Below, piece by piece: positions 36,880 through 49,809 of a stretch of DNA of 64,000 nt. A model generated the notes under the pieces. It had not been told where the DNA came from. It ran no database searches and saw only the letters and a program-made list of their open reading frames with translations. The position numbers and the translations under genes are program-made. The DNA comes from an uncultured bacterium (GTDB lineage: Bacteria; Verrucomicrobiota; Kiritimatiellia; RFP12; UBA1067), in assembly GCA_902788415.1 (NCBI GenBank), contig CADAKF010000001.1:9592-73591 (forward strand), in the 5' to 3' direction. Numbering within the stretch: the stretch's first letter is position 1; every line of letters begins with the position of its first letter.

Positions 36880-39123
36880 TTACGCCGGATCCCAGCTCAA
36901 GTCCACGCGCGTCGACACCCCTTCCGGCGTTTCAAACGTCCGCGGCGTTTTCTTCGTCGTGACCCAAAGTCCATCCCGCGGAAAGACCGCCAGGTCCTCC
37001 GGCCGTCCCGCCGGCTCGGTGAGCGAAACGAAAAGCGGCGTCGACTGCTGCGTCAGGAACTCGACATCATATCCGCTTTCGGCCAGATACTGCAGGTTCT
37101 CGCGGGTGTTCTCCGGACTCGCCACAAACCTCTTCACACCCATCTCCGAGAGCTCCGCCAGGGCCCGCGAATTAAACGCATAGAGCGTCCAGTCGGCCGT
37201 GATATCCGTGACACCCAGCTCCTTCAGCATCCTCAAGGTCGCGAGATCGCTCGCCTCCCACTTCGAAAACCCCTTGCGCAGCAAGCCCTTCACCGTGACC
37301 CGCAAGCGATTGAATTCCGGTTCGGCGGTATACACAGGCAAAGCCAATCTGAACTTATCCGACCCGCTCGACTCCAGCCCGTCCCTATCCGACCCTATCA
37401 ACACGATAATCTCATCCCACTCGCCTGCCGGAACCTTCTGCCCAGACCGAATCTTAACCCTCCGCAGATGGTCGGATGGTCGGATGCACCGATGCTCCGA
37501 TGATAAATCACCGCCAACGAAGTCATCCGCGATTGCGGAGCCGATTTTCTCGTGTCTCTCCTTCTCCCGCGCCTCGTCGAGCTTTTCAACCAAGTCTCTT
37601 CTCAAGTCGTTCAGCACGCTCATCGGTGCGAACAGTTTCTCCGGATCGACAACACTCACCTTCCTGAGCCGGTAATCGCTCCCACCCAGTTTCGAGAACG
37701 CCTTCTTCACGCCCTCTGCCGTCTTCTCCGGATTCTTCGCAGGCTGCAACTCGCAATCGACGCATGCTTCGACAGCAAAGGGACTCAAGACCTTAGCCGA
37801 AAGACGCGAACCGGAAAGCGACACCTCAATATCCAAACCAATCCCGCCCTCGTAGTCGCTCGGCCTGAAGCTGGGCGTCGGGAACAGGCGCTTGACGGCG
37901 TTCGACATCGAGCAGTAGATCTTCATCCCCGGCTTGAGCGCCCGCTCGACGTCCTCGCTCACCAGCACCTCGACGTCCACGCCCGCGTTCACCTCGAACA
38001 CCGGCCTCCTTGAGATCGCCTGGCGCATCTCGACGATGCCCATGCCGAGATGGCGCCCCTCGTCCGTCATCGCCTCGAACTGCAGTCCATCATGCTTCTC
38101 CAGCCCGCGCGCCGTGTGGAACCGGAGCCAGCGCTGGCCCTCGCGGTCCTTCGTCACCCGCTTCACGACCCCGATTTCGGCACCCAAATGCCCCAAACTC
38201 TCCGAATCGATCACCCCGTCTTGCTGTCGTACGCTTACCGTCTTCCCCCGCCCCTCGAAATACAGCTTCGTCGTCCGCCGCGAGAAAACCGTCTCCAGAT
38301 CACCGATCGTCACCCCGCCTCTGTGTCTCTGTGTCTCTGGGTTTAAAATCTCCCGATAATACCGCGTCACGCTCGCGACATACAGGGCGCTCTTCATCCG
38401 ACCTTCGATCTTCAAACTGGCGACGCCCGCGTCCGCCAGTTTCCGCACGTCCTCCCCAAGACGCAAATCCTTCATCGAAAACGGATAAAGAGAGGTGAAG
38501 GCCGACGCCTGCCGACAACAGTACGGACATTTGCCGCGGTTCCCGCTCCGGCCCTTCTCCATTGCGCCAAACAAGCACAGCCCCGAAATCGAATAGCAGA
38601 GCGCGCCGTGGATGAAGACCTCGAGCTCCATGTCGCCGCAGCGCTTCGCAATCGACGCAATCTCCTCGAGCGACAGCTCCCGTGCGAGCACGACGCGCTT
38701 GAACCCGAGGTCCTTCATCGCGAGGACGCCCTCGAGGTTGTGCGCGACAAGCTGCGTCGACGCATGCAGCTCCAGCCCGGGAAAATGCCTCCGGCAGATC
38801 CGCGCAACGCCAATGTCCTGCACGATCAGCGCATCCGGCCGCACCTCGTCCAATCTCGCCAGCTGCTCAATCGCCGCCTCGATGTTATCCTCGTCGATGA
38901 CCGTATTAAAGGTGACGTAGACCTTCCGACGCCTCTCGCACTGACCGTCCCTATCGCACCTACAATACCTGAGCAGATTCTTGAGGTCCTCGATCCCGAA
39001 GTTGTCCGCAAACGCCCGCGCCGAGAACTCCGTGAGCCCGCAGTAGACGGCATCCGCCCCCGCCTCAAACGCGGCCAGCGCCGTCTCAAAGTTCCCGGCC
39101 GGAGCTAAGAGCTCACAGTCCAT
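36880..39123 (-). CDS. Peptidase U32 family protein (long form), with multiple in-frame repeat insertions
   Basis: MDCELLAPAGNFETALAAFEAGADAVYCGL and ELEVFIHGALCYSISGLC U32 signature regions. Confidence 0.8.
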   Translation of the reverse strand: MDCELLAPAGNFETALAAFEAGADAVYCGLTEFSARAFADNFGIEDLKNLLRYCRCDRDGQCERRRKVYVTFNTVIDEDNIEAAIEQLARLDEVRPDALIVQDIGVARICRRHFPGLELHASTQLVAHNLEGVLAMKDLGFKRVVLARELSLEEIASIAKRCGDMELEVFIHGALCYSISGLCLFGAMEKGRSGNRGKCPYCCRQASAFTSLYPFSMKDLRLGEDVRKLADAGVASLKIEGRMKSALYVASVTRYYREILNPETQRHRGGVTIGDLETVFSRRTTKLYFEGRGKTVSVRQQDGVIDSESLGHLGAEIGVVKRVTKDREGQRWLRFHTARGLEKHDGLQFEAMTDEGRHLGMGIVEMRQAISRRPVFEVNAGVDVEVLVSEDVERALKPGMKIYCSMSNAVKRLFPTPSFRPSDYEGGIGLDIEVSLSGSRLSAKVLSPFAVEACVDCELQPAKNPEKTAEGVKKAFSKLGGSDYRLRKVSVVDPEKLFAPMSVLNDLRRDLVEKLDEAREKERHEKIGSAIADDFVGGDLSSEHRCIRPSDHLRRVKIRSGQKVPAGEWDEIIVLIGSDRDGLESSGSDKFRLALPVYTAEPEFNRLRVTVKGLLRKGFSKWEASDLATLRMLKELGVTDITADWTLYAFNSRALAELSEMGVKRFVASPENTRENLQYLAESGYDVEFLTQQSTPLFVSLTEPAGRPEDLAVFPRDGLWVTTKKTPRTFETPEGVSTRVDLSWDPA

Positions 39124-40378
39124 TGAAATCCAGCGTCGCGAAGTAGTCGTCAAGCGTCTCCGCGCGGCGGATTTCGCGCACCGAACCGTCCTCCTCGAGG
39201 AGAAGCTCGGCGCTGCGGAGCTTGCCGTTGTACTGGAAGCCCATCGCGTGTCCGTGCGCACCCGCGTCGCAGATGACGACGAGATCGCCGCGCTCCAAGA
39301 GCGGCAGCACGCGCCCGATCGCGAACTTGTCGTTGTTCTCGCAGAGGGATCCCGTCACGTCATACGTCGTCGTGTCGCCACAGGTCTCCTTGCCGGGCAC
39401 CACGATCTCGTGGTACGCGCCGTAGAGCGCGGGACGCATCAAGTTCGACATACAGGCGTCAAGCCCCGCGTACAGACGATACGTGTTCTTGATGTGGCGA
39501 ACGCGAGCGACGAGATACCCGTACGGACCCGTAATGCAGCGTCCGCACTCCATGAAGAGCTTCAGCGGCTTGATGCCACGCTCGGCGATGCAGGCCTTGA
39601 ACGCCGCCTCGATGCCCTTTCCGACGTACTCGAGGTCCATCTGCTTCTGGTCCGGCTTGTAGGGAATGCCGATGCCGCCGCCGATGTTGATGAACTCGAA
39701 TTCGATGCCAAGCTGCTGCGAAAGGTCCGCCACGAGATCGAGCAGCATCTTTGCCGTGTCGATAATGTAGTCCGGATCAAGCTCGTTCGACGCAACCATC
39801 GTATGGAGCCCGAACCGCTTCACACCCGCGTCCTTCATCTGCCTGTAGCACTCGAAGAGCTGCTCGCGCGTAAAGCCGTACTTCGCCTCCTCGGGCTTGC
39901 CGATGATGGCGTTGCCGCCCTTCAGCGGACCGGGATTGTACCGACAGCAGAAGATGTGCTCGCCGAGCTCCGCGGCCTGCGGGCACCCCACCGACTCAAG
40001 CATGAACGGCCAGTGCGTGATGTCATCCAAGTTGATGATCGCGCCGAGCTCCCACGCCTTGCGGAACTCCTCCGCCGGTGTGTCGTTCGACGTGAACATG
40101 ATCTTATCGCCGACATTGCCGACCTTCTCGGCGAGGACGAGCTCCGCCATCGACGAGCAGTCACTGCCGAAGTCGAACTCCTTCAGAAGCTTCATCAGGT
40201 GCGGATTCGGCGTCGCCTTCACGGCGAAGTACTCGCGGAAGCCCTTGTTCCACGAAAACGCCTTCTTCAGACGCTTCGCGTTCTCGCGGATCGCCTTCGC
40301 GTCATAGATGTGGAACGGTGTCGGCCACTGCGCTGCAATCTTCTCCAGCTTCGCCTTATCGAACGGAATCTTTCTCAT
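39113..40378 (-). CDS. lysA: PLP-dependent decarboxylase, fold type III (diaminopimelate decarboxylase family)
   Basis: EYFAVKATPNP (PLP-Lys), FINIGGGIGIPY, CENND; start at MRKIPF with GGAG RBS. Confidence 0.8.
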   Translation of the reverse strand: MRKIPFDKAKLEKIAAQWPTPFHIYDAKAIRENAKRLKKAFSWNKGFREYFAVKATPNPHLMKLLKEFDFGSDCSSMAELVLAEKVGNVGDKIMFTSNDTPAEEFRKAWELGAIINLDDITHWPFMLESVGCPQAAELGEHIFCCRYNPGPLKGGNAIIGKPEEAKYGFTREQLFECYRQMKDAGVKRFGLHTMVASNELDPDYIIDTAKMLLDLVADLSQQLGIEFEFINIGGGIGIPYKPDQKQMDLEYVGKGIEAAFKACIAERGIKPLKLFMECGRCITGPYGYLVARVRHIKNTYRLYAGLDACMSNLMRPALYGAYHEIVVPGKETCGDTTTYDVTGSLCENNDKFAIGRVLPLLERGDLVVICDAGAHGHAMGFQYNGKLRSAELLLEEDGSVREIRRAETLDDYFATLDFNGL

Positions 40379-40379
40379 C

Positions 40380-41032
40380 TTAGTGTTCTCCATCTGCTGC
40401 GGGATCAAGGGCCCTGTCGCCCGTCCGCGCCTTGAAATCGTAAAAGCGGTTGCGCCCCTCGCAGCCCGTGACGCCCGCATAGAAGCCCTCGGGCAGGTCG
40501 GGATCCTCGAAGCCGAACTTCACGCCGCCGCACTCGACGGTCATGCGCATCTCGTCCCGTCCCGCGACCTTCGCCATGTTGACCTTGAGCTCGTACTTGC
40601 GCCTCGGCGCGAACGGCGCGCGGGCGAATGCCGCGAGATGCCAGCTGAGCTTGCCGCCCTCGTACGTGTAGTGCCAGACGTTGAGTCCCTCGTTGTAGAG
40701 CACCACCTCGTAGTGTTTCTTGAACGCATGACGCCCCTTGTCGTCGACGTCCAGCTCCGGCGTCAGCACGATGAGTGGCGCCATCAGATGGTCGAAGCTC
40801 ATCGTCGCGGAGACGTCGATCGTGCTGCCGGAGAGCTTCTGCGGATGCACAATGCTCGCATAGACCTCGGTCACGTGCTTCGCATAAAGCTCCTCGTCAC
40901 TCCACGCGGAGTCGCTCGGATTGACGATGCAGTCGTCCAGCTGGACGAATTCGTGCGCATAGTCAAACCGAAGCGACTTGAACTTCAGCCACTCGGACGG
41001 ATTCCACCTGCCGCGCGCAAAACTGACGTCAA

Positions 41033-41036
<4 letters not shown>
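40380..41036 (-). CDS. Hypothetical protein (possible concanavalin-like/DUF1961 fold)
   Basis: 218-aa ORF tightly packed between ileS and lysA. Confidence 0.45.
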
Positions 41037-44221
<3,185 letters not shown>

Positions 44222-44246
44222 ATCCTAATCTACCTTTCAAAAATAG

Positions 44247-44265
44247 TTTTGGTATTATACCAAAA
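44247..44265. promoter_or_regulatory. 19-bp perfect palindrome TTTTGGTATTATACCAAAA containing an extended -10 (TGgTATAAT on the minus strand) upstream of ileS
   Basis: Seen directly in the ileS/tRNA divergent intergenic region; a second TGGTATACT motif at about 44279-44287 faces the tRNA. Confidence 0.4.
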
Positions 44266-44301
44266 AAGCCGCAGAATATGGTATACTACGCCCGTTTTGC
44301 C

Positions 44302-44387
44302 GCCGGGGTGGCACAGTGGTTGACTGCGCCTGATTTGTAATCAGGATCCGCAAGGACGCGTCGGTTCGAATCCGACCCTCGGCTCCA
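44302..44387 (+). tRNA. Atypical tRNA: anticodon UGU (Thr by anticodon) on a class-II scaffold with a long variable arm
   Basis: Hand fold: acceptor GCCGGGG/CCTCGGC; 3-bp D-stem; anticodon stem CCTGA/TCAGG with loop TTTGTAA; 14-nt variable arm ATCC-GCAA-GGACGC; T-arm GTCGG-TTCGAAT-CCGAC; U73; encoded CCA; 86 nt. Confidence 0.6.
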
Positions 44388-44390
44388 GTT

Positions 44391-45224
44391 TCAGCGCTCG
44401 CTGCGGAGCGCGGGATCGAGGCGGTCGCGCAAGACGTCCGCCAGATGGTTGAAGACCAGCACAAGAAGGAAAATCGCCGCGGTCGTGAACGTCATCTCCC
44501 ACCAGACGCCCTGCCAGAGCCGAAGCCGCGCGTTGTTGATCATCACACCCCAGCTCGGCTCGCCCTGCACGCCAATGCCGAGAAACGAGATGAACACCTC
44601 CGTCGAAACGGCGGACGGAAATCGAATCGAGAACTGGATGAGGATGATGTGCGCCACATTCGGCAGAATGTGCCGGAACATGATTCGAAGATGCGAGTAC
44701 CCGAGCATCCGCGCCGCCTGCACATAGGCGCGATCCCTGTGTTTCATCACCTCTGCGCGGATCGTGCGGCATGTCCCGACCCAGGTCGTAAGCCCGATGC
44801 CGAGATAGATACCAAGAAGCCCCTGCCCGACGACAAGCGAAATCGCCAGCACGAAGAGAAGCCCCGGCATCGACGCGACGGTCGCGCAGAGCCAGACAAC
44901 GAGCGAGTCGACCTTGCCGCCGAAATAGCCACCCAAAAGTCCGAGAAACACCCCGAGCGGAATCGCGATGAGCGAGGTGACGATGCCGACGTGAAACGCG
45001 ATGCGCGTTCCCTGCACAAGCCGGAGCGCCACGTCCCGCCCGAGGTTGTCCGTCCCGCACCAGTGCGCCGCGGACGGCGGCTCGTAGCGATTCGTCGCAT
45101 CGACGACATTGTACGTCGGCGTGACGTCCTGGAACTTCGCGATGCGGTACTGCACCTCGCCAAACGCCGCCGCGGCGGCATACGCCGCCAGCACAATGAG
45201 GCAGATCTTTGTCGACAGCTTCAC
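44391..45224 (-). CDS. ABC transporter permease, Opp/Dpp 'C' subunit family
   Basis: N-terminal TM plus WCGTDNLGRD motif and EAA-like loop; no cognate ATPase or SBP gene in the window. Confidence 0.8.
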   Translation of the reverse strand: MKLSTKICLIVLAAYAAAAAFGEVQYRIAKFQDVTPTYNVVDATNRYEPPSAAHWCGTDNLGRDVALRLVQGTRIAFHVGIVTSLIAIPLGVFLGLLGGYFGGKVDSLVVWLCATVASMPGLLFVLAISLVVGQGLLGIYLGIGLTTWVGTCRTIRAEVMKHRDRAYVQAARMLGYSHLRIMFRHILPNVAHIILIQFSIRFPSAVSTEVFISFLGIGVQGEPSWGVMINNARLRLWQGVWWEMTFTTAAIFLLVLVFNHLADVLRDRLDPALRSER

Positions 45225-45227
45225 GTC

Positions 45228-46928
45228 TTACGTGTAGCGCAAGACCTCGTCAACGGTCGTATAGCCGTCAAGAATCGAGCGGATTCCGTCCTCGCGCATC
45301 GTGCGCATGCCGAGCTCGCGGGCCTTTTCGCGGATGATGAGCGTCGGCGCACGGTTGTTGACGAGCTCCCGGAGGGGCGACGACATGCGAAGGTACTCAA
45401 AGACGCCCTTGCGGCCCTTATAGCCCGTCCCATTGCAGGTCTTGCAGCCCTTGCCAAAGTAGAACGGACGCCCGCCGATCTGGTCGCGCGTCATCTCGAT
45501 GCGCTCCAGGGTCTCGTCGTCCGGCTCGTACGCCTGCTTGCATTCCTTGCAGCAGGTGCGGACGAGTCGCTGCCCGAGCACACCCTCGAGCGTCGAGGCG
45601 AGCAGATAGGGCGCGACGTTCATGTCCACGAGACGCATCACCGCGCCGGCGGCGTCGTTCGTGTGCAGGGTCGAGAAGACGAAGTGACCCGTCAGGGCCG
45701 CCTGGACAGCGATCTCGGCCGTCTCGAGGTCGCGGATCTCGCCGATCATCATGACGTCGGGGTCCTGACGCAGGAACGCGCGCAGCACCTTCGCGAAGGT
45801 ATTGCCCGCGTGTGCGTCGATCGGCACCTGGACGATGCCGTCCACGTTGTACTCGACCGGCTCCTCGGCGGTCAGGAGCTTCGTGTCGATCTGGTTGATG
45901 CGGCGGAGAACCGAGTAGAGCGTCGTTGTCTTGCCGGAGCCGGTCGGCCCCGTCACGATGAAGATGCCGTTCGGCTTCTCGATGTCCATCGTGATCTGCT
46001 CATAGACATCCTCCGGAAGCCCCACGTTCTCGAGATCGAGCGACGTCGTCGTCTGGTCGAGGATTCGCATGACGACCGACTCGCCGTGCGCCGTCGGCAG
46101 ACAGCTGACGCGAAGGTCGACCGGACGCCCCGCCACGGTGAGCGCGATGCGGCCGTCCTGCGGCACGCGGCGCTCGGCGATGTTGAGGTTTGAGAGGATC
46201 TTGATGCGCGAGATGATCGCGGGCGCCATCTTCACATCCGGCGCCTTCATCTCGTAGAGCGCGCCGTCGACGCGGTAGCGGATCTTGAAGTCATGCTCGA
46301 ACGGCTCAACGTGAATGTCAGCCGCGTGGTCGACGACGCCCTGGTAGAGGACGAGGTTCACAAACTTGACGACGGCAGACGAGTTCGCCGCGCTCTCCAT
46401 GTTGGCGATGTCGTTCGCGTTCGCGCCGACCGCCAGCGTCTCGTCGTCGGACATCCCCTCGCCGAGGGACTTGATCATGTCCGCGACGGACTCGTTCGAG
46501 TCGCCGTAGTACTGGGCGATGCGGTCCATCACGTCCTTCTCGCGGGCGAAGACAAACCGCACCTCCTTCGAGAGCGTGAACAGCATCTCGTCCGAGATGC
46601 GCGGATCGACGAGGTCGAACGTCGCAAGCGTCACGGACGAGTCGTCCGCCGCCACGGGAAAGACGTTGTACATGCGGGCCGTCGAGGCGGGAATCGCCTC
46701 GGTGACCTCGGACTCGATCGTCATCGCGCCGAGATCGATCGCCTCCGCGTCCTGATAGGCGGCCATCGCCGCAAGGAGCGAATCCTCATCGAGGACGCCG
46801 GAGTCAATGATCTGCCGGCGGACGGACTTGTTCTCGGTCTTGGCGAGCTCGGCGATGTCCTTCGCGCCGGCCTCGTCAACGTATCCGTTCTGTATCAGGA
46901 TTTGAAGTATTTGATCCATGGCAACCAC
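45228..46928 (-). CDS. GspE/PilB-family secretion ATPase (paralog 2)
   Basis: N1 domain, Walker A VTGPTGSGKTTTLYSVL, Asp/His boxes, tetracysteine CKECK...CKTCNGTGYKGRKG. Confidence 0.85.
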   Translation of the reverse strand: MVAMDQILQILIQNGYVDEAGAKDIAELAKTENKSVRRQIIDSGVLDEDSLLAAMAAYQDAEAIDLGAMTIESEVTEAIPASTARMYNVFPVAADDSSVTLATFDLVDPRISDEMLFTLSKEVRFVFAREKDVMDRIAQYYGDSNESVADMIKSLGEGMSDDETLAVGANANDIANMESAANSSAVVKFVNLVLYQGVVDHAADIHVEPFEHDFKIRYRVDGALYEMKAPDVKMAPAIISRIKILSNLNIAERRVPQDGRIALTVAGRPVDLRVSCLPTAHGESVVMRILDQTTTSLDLENVGLPEDVYEQITMDIEKPNGIFIVTGPTGSGKTTTLYSVLRRINQIDTKLLTAEEPVEYNVDGIVQVPIDAHAGNTFAKVLRAFLRQDPDVMMIGEIRDLETAEIAVQAALTGHFVFSTLHTNDAAGAVMRLVDMNVAPYLLASTLEGVLGQRLVRTCCKECKQAYEPDDETLERIEMTRDQIGGRPFYFGKGCKTCNGTGYKGRKGVFEYLRMSSPLRELVNNRAPTLIIREKARELGMRTMREDGIRSILDGYTTVDEVLRYT

Positions 46929-46959
46929 GACTAAACGCGAATCGCGAACAGCTAACAGC

Positions 46960-48087
46960 TTAACTGCCGTACCCCTCTTCCTTCAGCTTCTGGACGACGG
47001 ATTCAGGATCCTGCGACTTCGTGATGAGCTCCTCGTAGGAAATGAGCCCCTGCTTGTAGAGGTTGGAGAGCGACGTATCGAGCGTGAACATGCCGTACTT
47101 CGCACCGGTCTGCAGGTCGGACTTGATCATGTTCGTCTTGTTGTCGCGGATGCGCGAGCAGATCGCGTCCGTGCGCGTCATGATCTCGAACGCCGCGACA
47201 CGCCCGTGCACCTCGCCGTTCGCGTCGAGCTTCGGCAGGAGAATCTGCGAGATGACGGCCTGCAGGCCCGCCGCGAGCTGCGTGCGGATCTGCGCCTGCT
47301 GGTTCATCGGGAACGCGTCGACGATACGGTCGATCGTCTCCGCGGAGCCGGTCGTGTGCAGGGTGCCGAAAACGAGGTGTCCCGTTTCGGCCGCGGTAAT
47401 GGCCGCCGCGATCGTCTCGAGGTCGCGCATTTCGCCGACGAGAATCACGTCCGGGTCCTGGCGGAGCGCGCGGCGGATCGCCTCGGCGAAGCTCGGGACG
47501 TCGTCACCGACCTCGCGCTGTGTGACGATGGACTTCTTCGACTCGTGGTAGAATTCGATCGGGTCCTCAATCGTGATGATGTGGACGCTGCGCTCCTGGT
47601 TGATGACGTCGATCATCGAGGCGAGCGTCGTCGACTTACCGGACCCCGTCGGGCCCGTGACGAGGATCAGCCCGCGCGGCTTGAAGAGAAGCTCGCGGAC
47701 CGTGTTCGGCAGACCGATCTGCTCGAGCGTCAGGAGCCCCGAGGGAATCTGGCGGAGGACGGCGCCGTAGCGCTTCCTCTCCTTGAAGACGGACACACGG
47801 AAGCGCGTGCCGTCCGGGTGCGCGAGCGCAAAGTCCGCGCCACCGTTCGTCTCGAGCTCCTTCATGAGCTTCTCGATGTCGGGCTTGCGCTTGGGATCGT
47901 TCTCGGCGATGCCGTTCACGAACTCGGTGACGAGCGCCTGGCTCTCGTCGTCGTTCATCGGCTCCTCCGCAAGCGGCAGAAGCTCGCCGTGCACGCGCAA
48001 CAGCGGCGGCATGCGCGCGCGGATGTGGAGGTCGCTGCCCCCTTCGTCGATGATCGCCTGCAACAGCTCGTCTTTGTGGAATTGCAT
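46960..48087 (-). CDS. pilT: Twitching-motility/retraction ATPase PilT
   Basis: MQFHKDELLQAIIDEGGSDLHI..., Walker A LVTGPTGSGKST, AIRRALRQDPDVILVGEMRD; start at M114 of the track ORF, overlapping the upstream stop (TGATG). Confidence 0.9.
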   Translation of the reverse strand: MQFHKDELLQAIIDEGGSDLHIRARMPPLLRVHGELLPLAEEPMNDDESQALVTEFVNGIAENDPKRKPDIEKLMKELETNGGADFALAHPDGTRFRVSVFKERKRYGAVLRQIPSGLLTLEQIGLPNTVRELLFKPRGLILVTGPTGSGKSTTLASMIDVINQERSVHIITIEDPIEFYHESKKSIVTQREVGDDVPSFAEAIRRALRQDPDVILVGEMRDLETIAAAITAAETGHLVFGTLHTTGSAETIDRIVDAFPMNQQAQIRTQLAAGLQAVISQILLPKLDANGEVHGRVAAFEIMTRTDAICSRIRDNKTNMIKSDLQTGAKYGMFTLDTSLSNLYKQGLISYEELITKSQDPESVVQKLKEEGYGS

Positions 48088-49766
48088 CAGTTCGCGTCTC
48101 CCATGGTGACTCTCAGGACCTCGGCGAGGGACGTCATCCCGCTCGCCACCTTCAGCATGCCGTCTTCGCGCAGCGTCCGCATGCCCATCTCGCGGGCACG
48201 CTGCCGGAGCAAGGTCGCCGGCGCGTGGTCGAAGATGAGCCGCTGGATCGTATCGTCGACCTTGAAGATCTCGAAGATGCCCTTCCGGCCCTTGTAGCCG
48301 GTCTTGCCGCACCGGTCGCAGCCCGCGCCGTGGTACATCGTGTCGGGCACGGTCGCGTTCGTCCCGCTCGCAAGGCCCGTCAGCATCCTGATCTCGCGCT
48401 CGGTCGGCGTGTAGCTCGTCTTGCACGTCTCGCAGATGGCGCGCACGAGACGCTGGGCCATCGCCGCGCGGAGCGCGGAGGCCACGAGGAATGGTTTGAC
48501 GCCGATGTCGAGGAGTCGCGTGACGGCGGACGGCGCATCGTTCGTGTGCAGCGTCGAGAAGACGAGGTGGCCCGTGAGGGCCGCCTCCATCGCGATGTCG
48601 GCCGTCTCCGCGTCGCGGATCTCGCCGATCATCACAATGTTCGGGGCCTGGCGCAGGATCGAGCGGAGCGCCGCCGAGAAGTCGAGGCCGACGTCCTTGT
48701 TGACCTGCACCTGGTTGATGCCGCTCATCTGGTATTCGACCGGATCCTCGACCGTGATGAGCTTCTTGTCGGGCGTGTTAATCTGACCAAGACAGGCATA
48801 GAGCGTCGTCGTCTTGCCCGAACCGGTCGGCCCCGTCACGAGCACCACGCCGTCGGGGAGCTTGATGAGCTTTTCGAACGTCGTCTGGTCGTCGGAGAGA
48901 AAGCCAAGCTGCGGCAGGCCGAGCGAAAGGTTCGACTTGTCAAGGATTCGCATGACGATCGACTCGCCGTGATTCGTCGGCACCGACGAGACGCGCAGGT
49001 CGAGATCGCGCCCGCCGACCGTAATCTGGATGCGGCCGTCCTGCGGAATGCGCTTCTCGGAGATCTTCATCTTCGACATGATCTTGAAGCGCGAGAGAAT
49101 CGCGCCCTGCAGACGCTTCGGCGGCGAGTCCATCTTGCGGAGCGCGCCGTCGATGCGGTAGCGGACGCGAAACTCCTTCTCCATCGGCTCGATGTGGATG
49201 TCGGACGCCTTCATCTTGATCGCCGTGGTGATGATCATGTTGGCGAGCTTGATGACCGCGCCGTCGTCGCCCACGGCGGCGGCGTCGCCCAGACCCTCCT
49301 CGTCGCGCGTCGAGACGGTGGACTCCTCCTCGGACGGATAGAGCTTCGCCATCGCGGCCTTCACCTCGGCGAGAGGCGACAGGACCGTCTGGACGTCTTT
49401 CCCGGAAAGGACATAGCGGAGCGAGTCAACCGCGTCATAGCCCATCGGATCGATGAGCGCCACCGTAACGGAGCTCTCGTCCGCCACGACCGGGACGACG
49501 CCGTACTTCTTGGCGATATCAGCCGAAATCGCCTTCGCCGCCTCCTCGTTGATGGCAGAGGCATCGAGATGGCAGTACTTGAGGCCGAACTGGTCGGCAA
49601 TCGTGCCAAGAACCGTGTCCTCGTCCAGTGCGCCGCCCGCCACCAGGACGTCGAGCGTCGTCTCGTTCTCCGCCTTCATCGAAGACGCGGCGGTCTGAAC
49701 CTGCTCCGCGGTCAGATACCCGCGCTCGGTCAGAAGCTGAAGGACATACTCGTCGTTACTTGTCAT
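48087..49766 (-). CDS. GspE/PilB-family secretion/pilus-assembly ATPase (paralog 1)
   Basis: Walker A VTGPTGSGKTTTLYACL; tetracysteine CETCK...CDRCGKTGYKGRKG; GSPII N-domain. Confidence 0.85.
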   Translation of the reverse strand: MTSNDEYVLQLLTERGYLTAEQVQTAASSMKAENETTLDVLVAGGALDEDTVLGTIADQFGLKYCHLDASAINEEAAKAISADIAKKYGVVPVVADESSVTVALIDPMGYDAVDSLRYVLSGKDVQTVLSPLAEVKAAMAKLYPSEEESTVSTRDEEGLGDAAAVGDDGAVIKLANMIITTAIKMKASDIHIEPMEKEFRVRYRIDGALRKMDSPPKRLQGAILSRFKIMSKMKISEKRIPQDGRIQITVGGRDLDLRVSSVPTNHGESIVMRILDKSNLSLGLPQLGFLSDDQTTFEKLIKLPDGVVLVTGPTGSGKTTTLYACLGQINTPDKKLITVEDPVEYQMSGINQVQVNKDVGLDFSAALRSILRQAPNIVMIGEIRDAETADIAMEAALTGHLVFSTLHTNDAPSAVTRLLDIGVKPFLVASALRAAMAQRLVRAICETCKTSYTPTEREIRMLTGLASGTNATVPDTMYHGAGCDRCGKTGYKGRKGIFEIFKVDDTIQRLIFDHAPATLLRQRAREMGMRTLREDGMLKVASGMTSLAEVLRVTMGDAN

Positions 49767-49809
49767 TTCCTATCTCGGTATGATATCAAAACGGGACTCG
49801 TCTCGCAAC

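Noticed and set aside
44302-44387. Calling the plus-strand tRNA a standard tRNA-Thr(TGT)
   Set aside because: The anticodon supports Thr, but the 14-nt variable arm and 3-bp D-stem are class-II features; kept as atypical rather than assigned confidently
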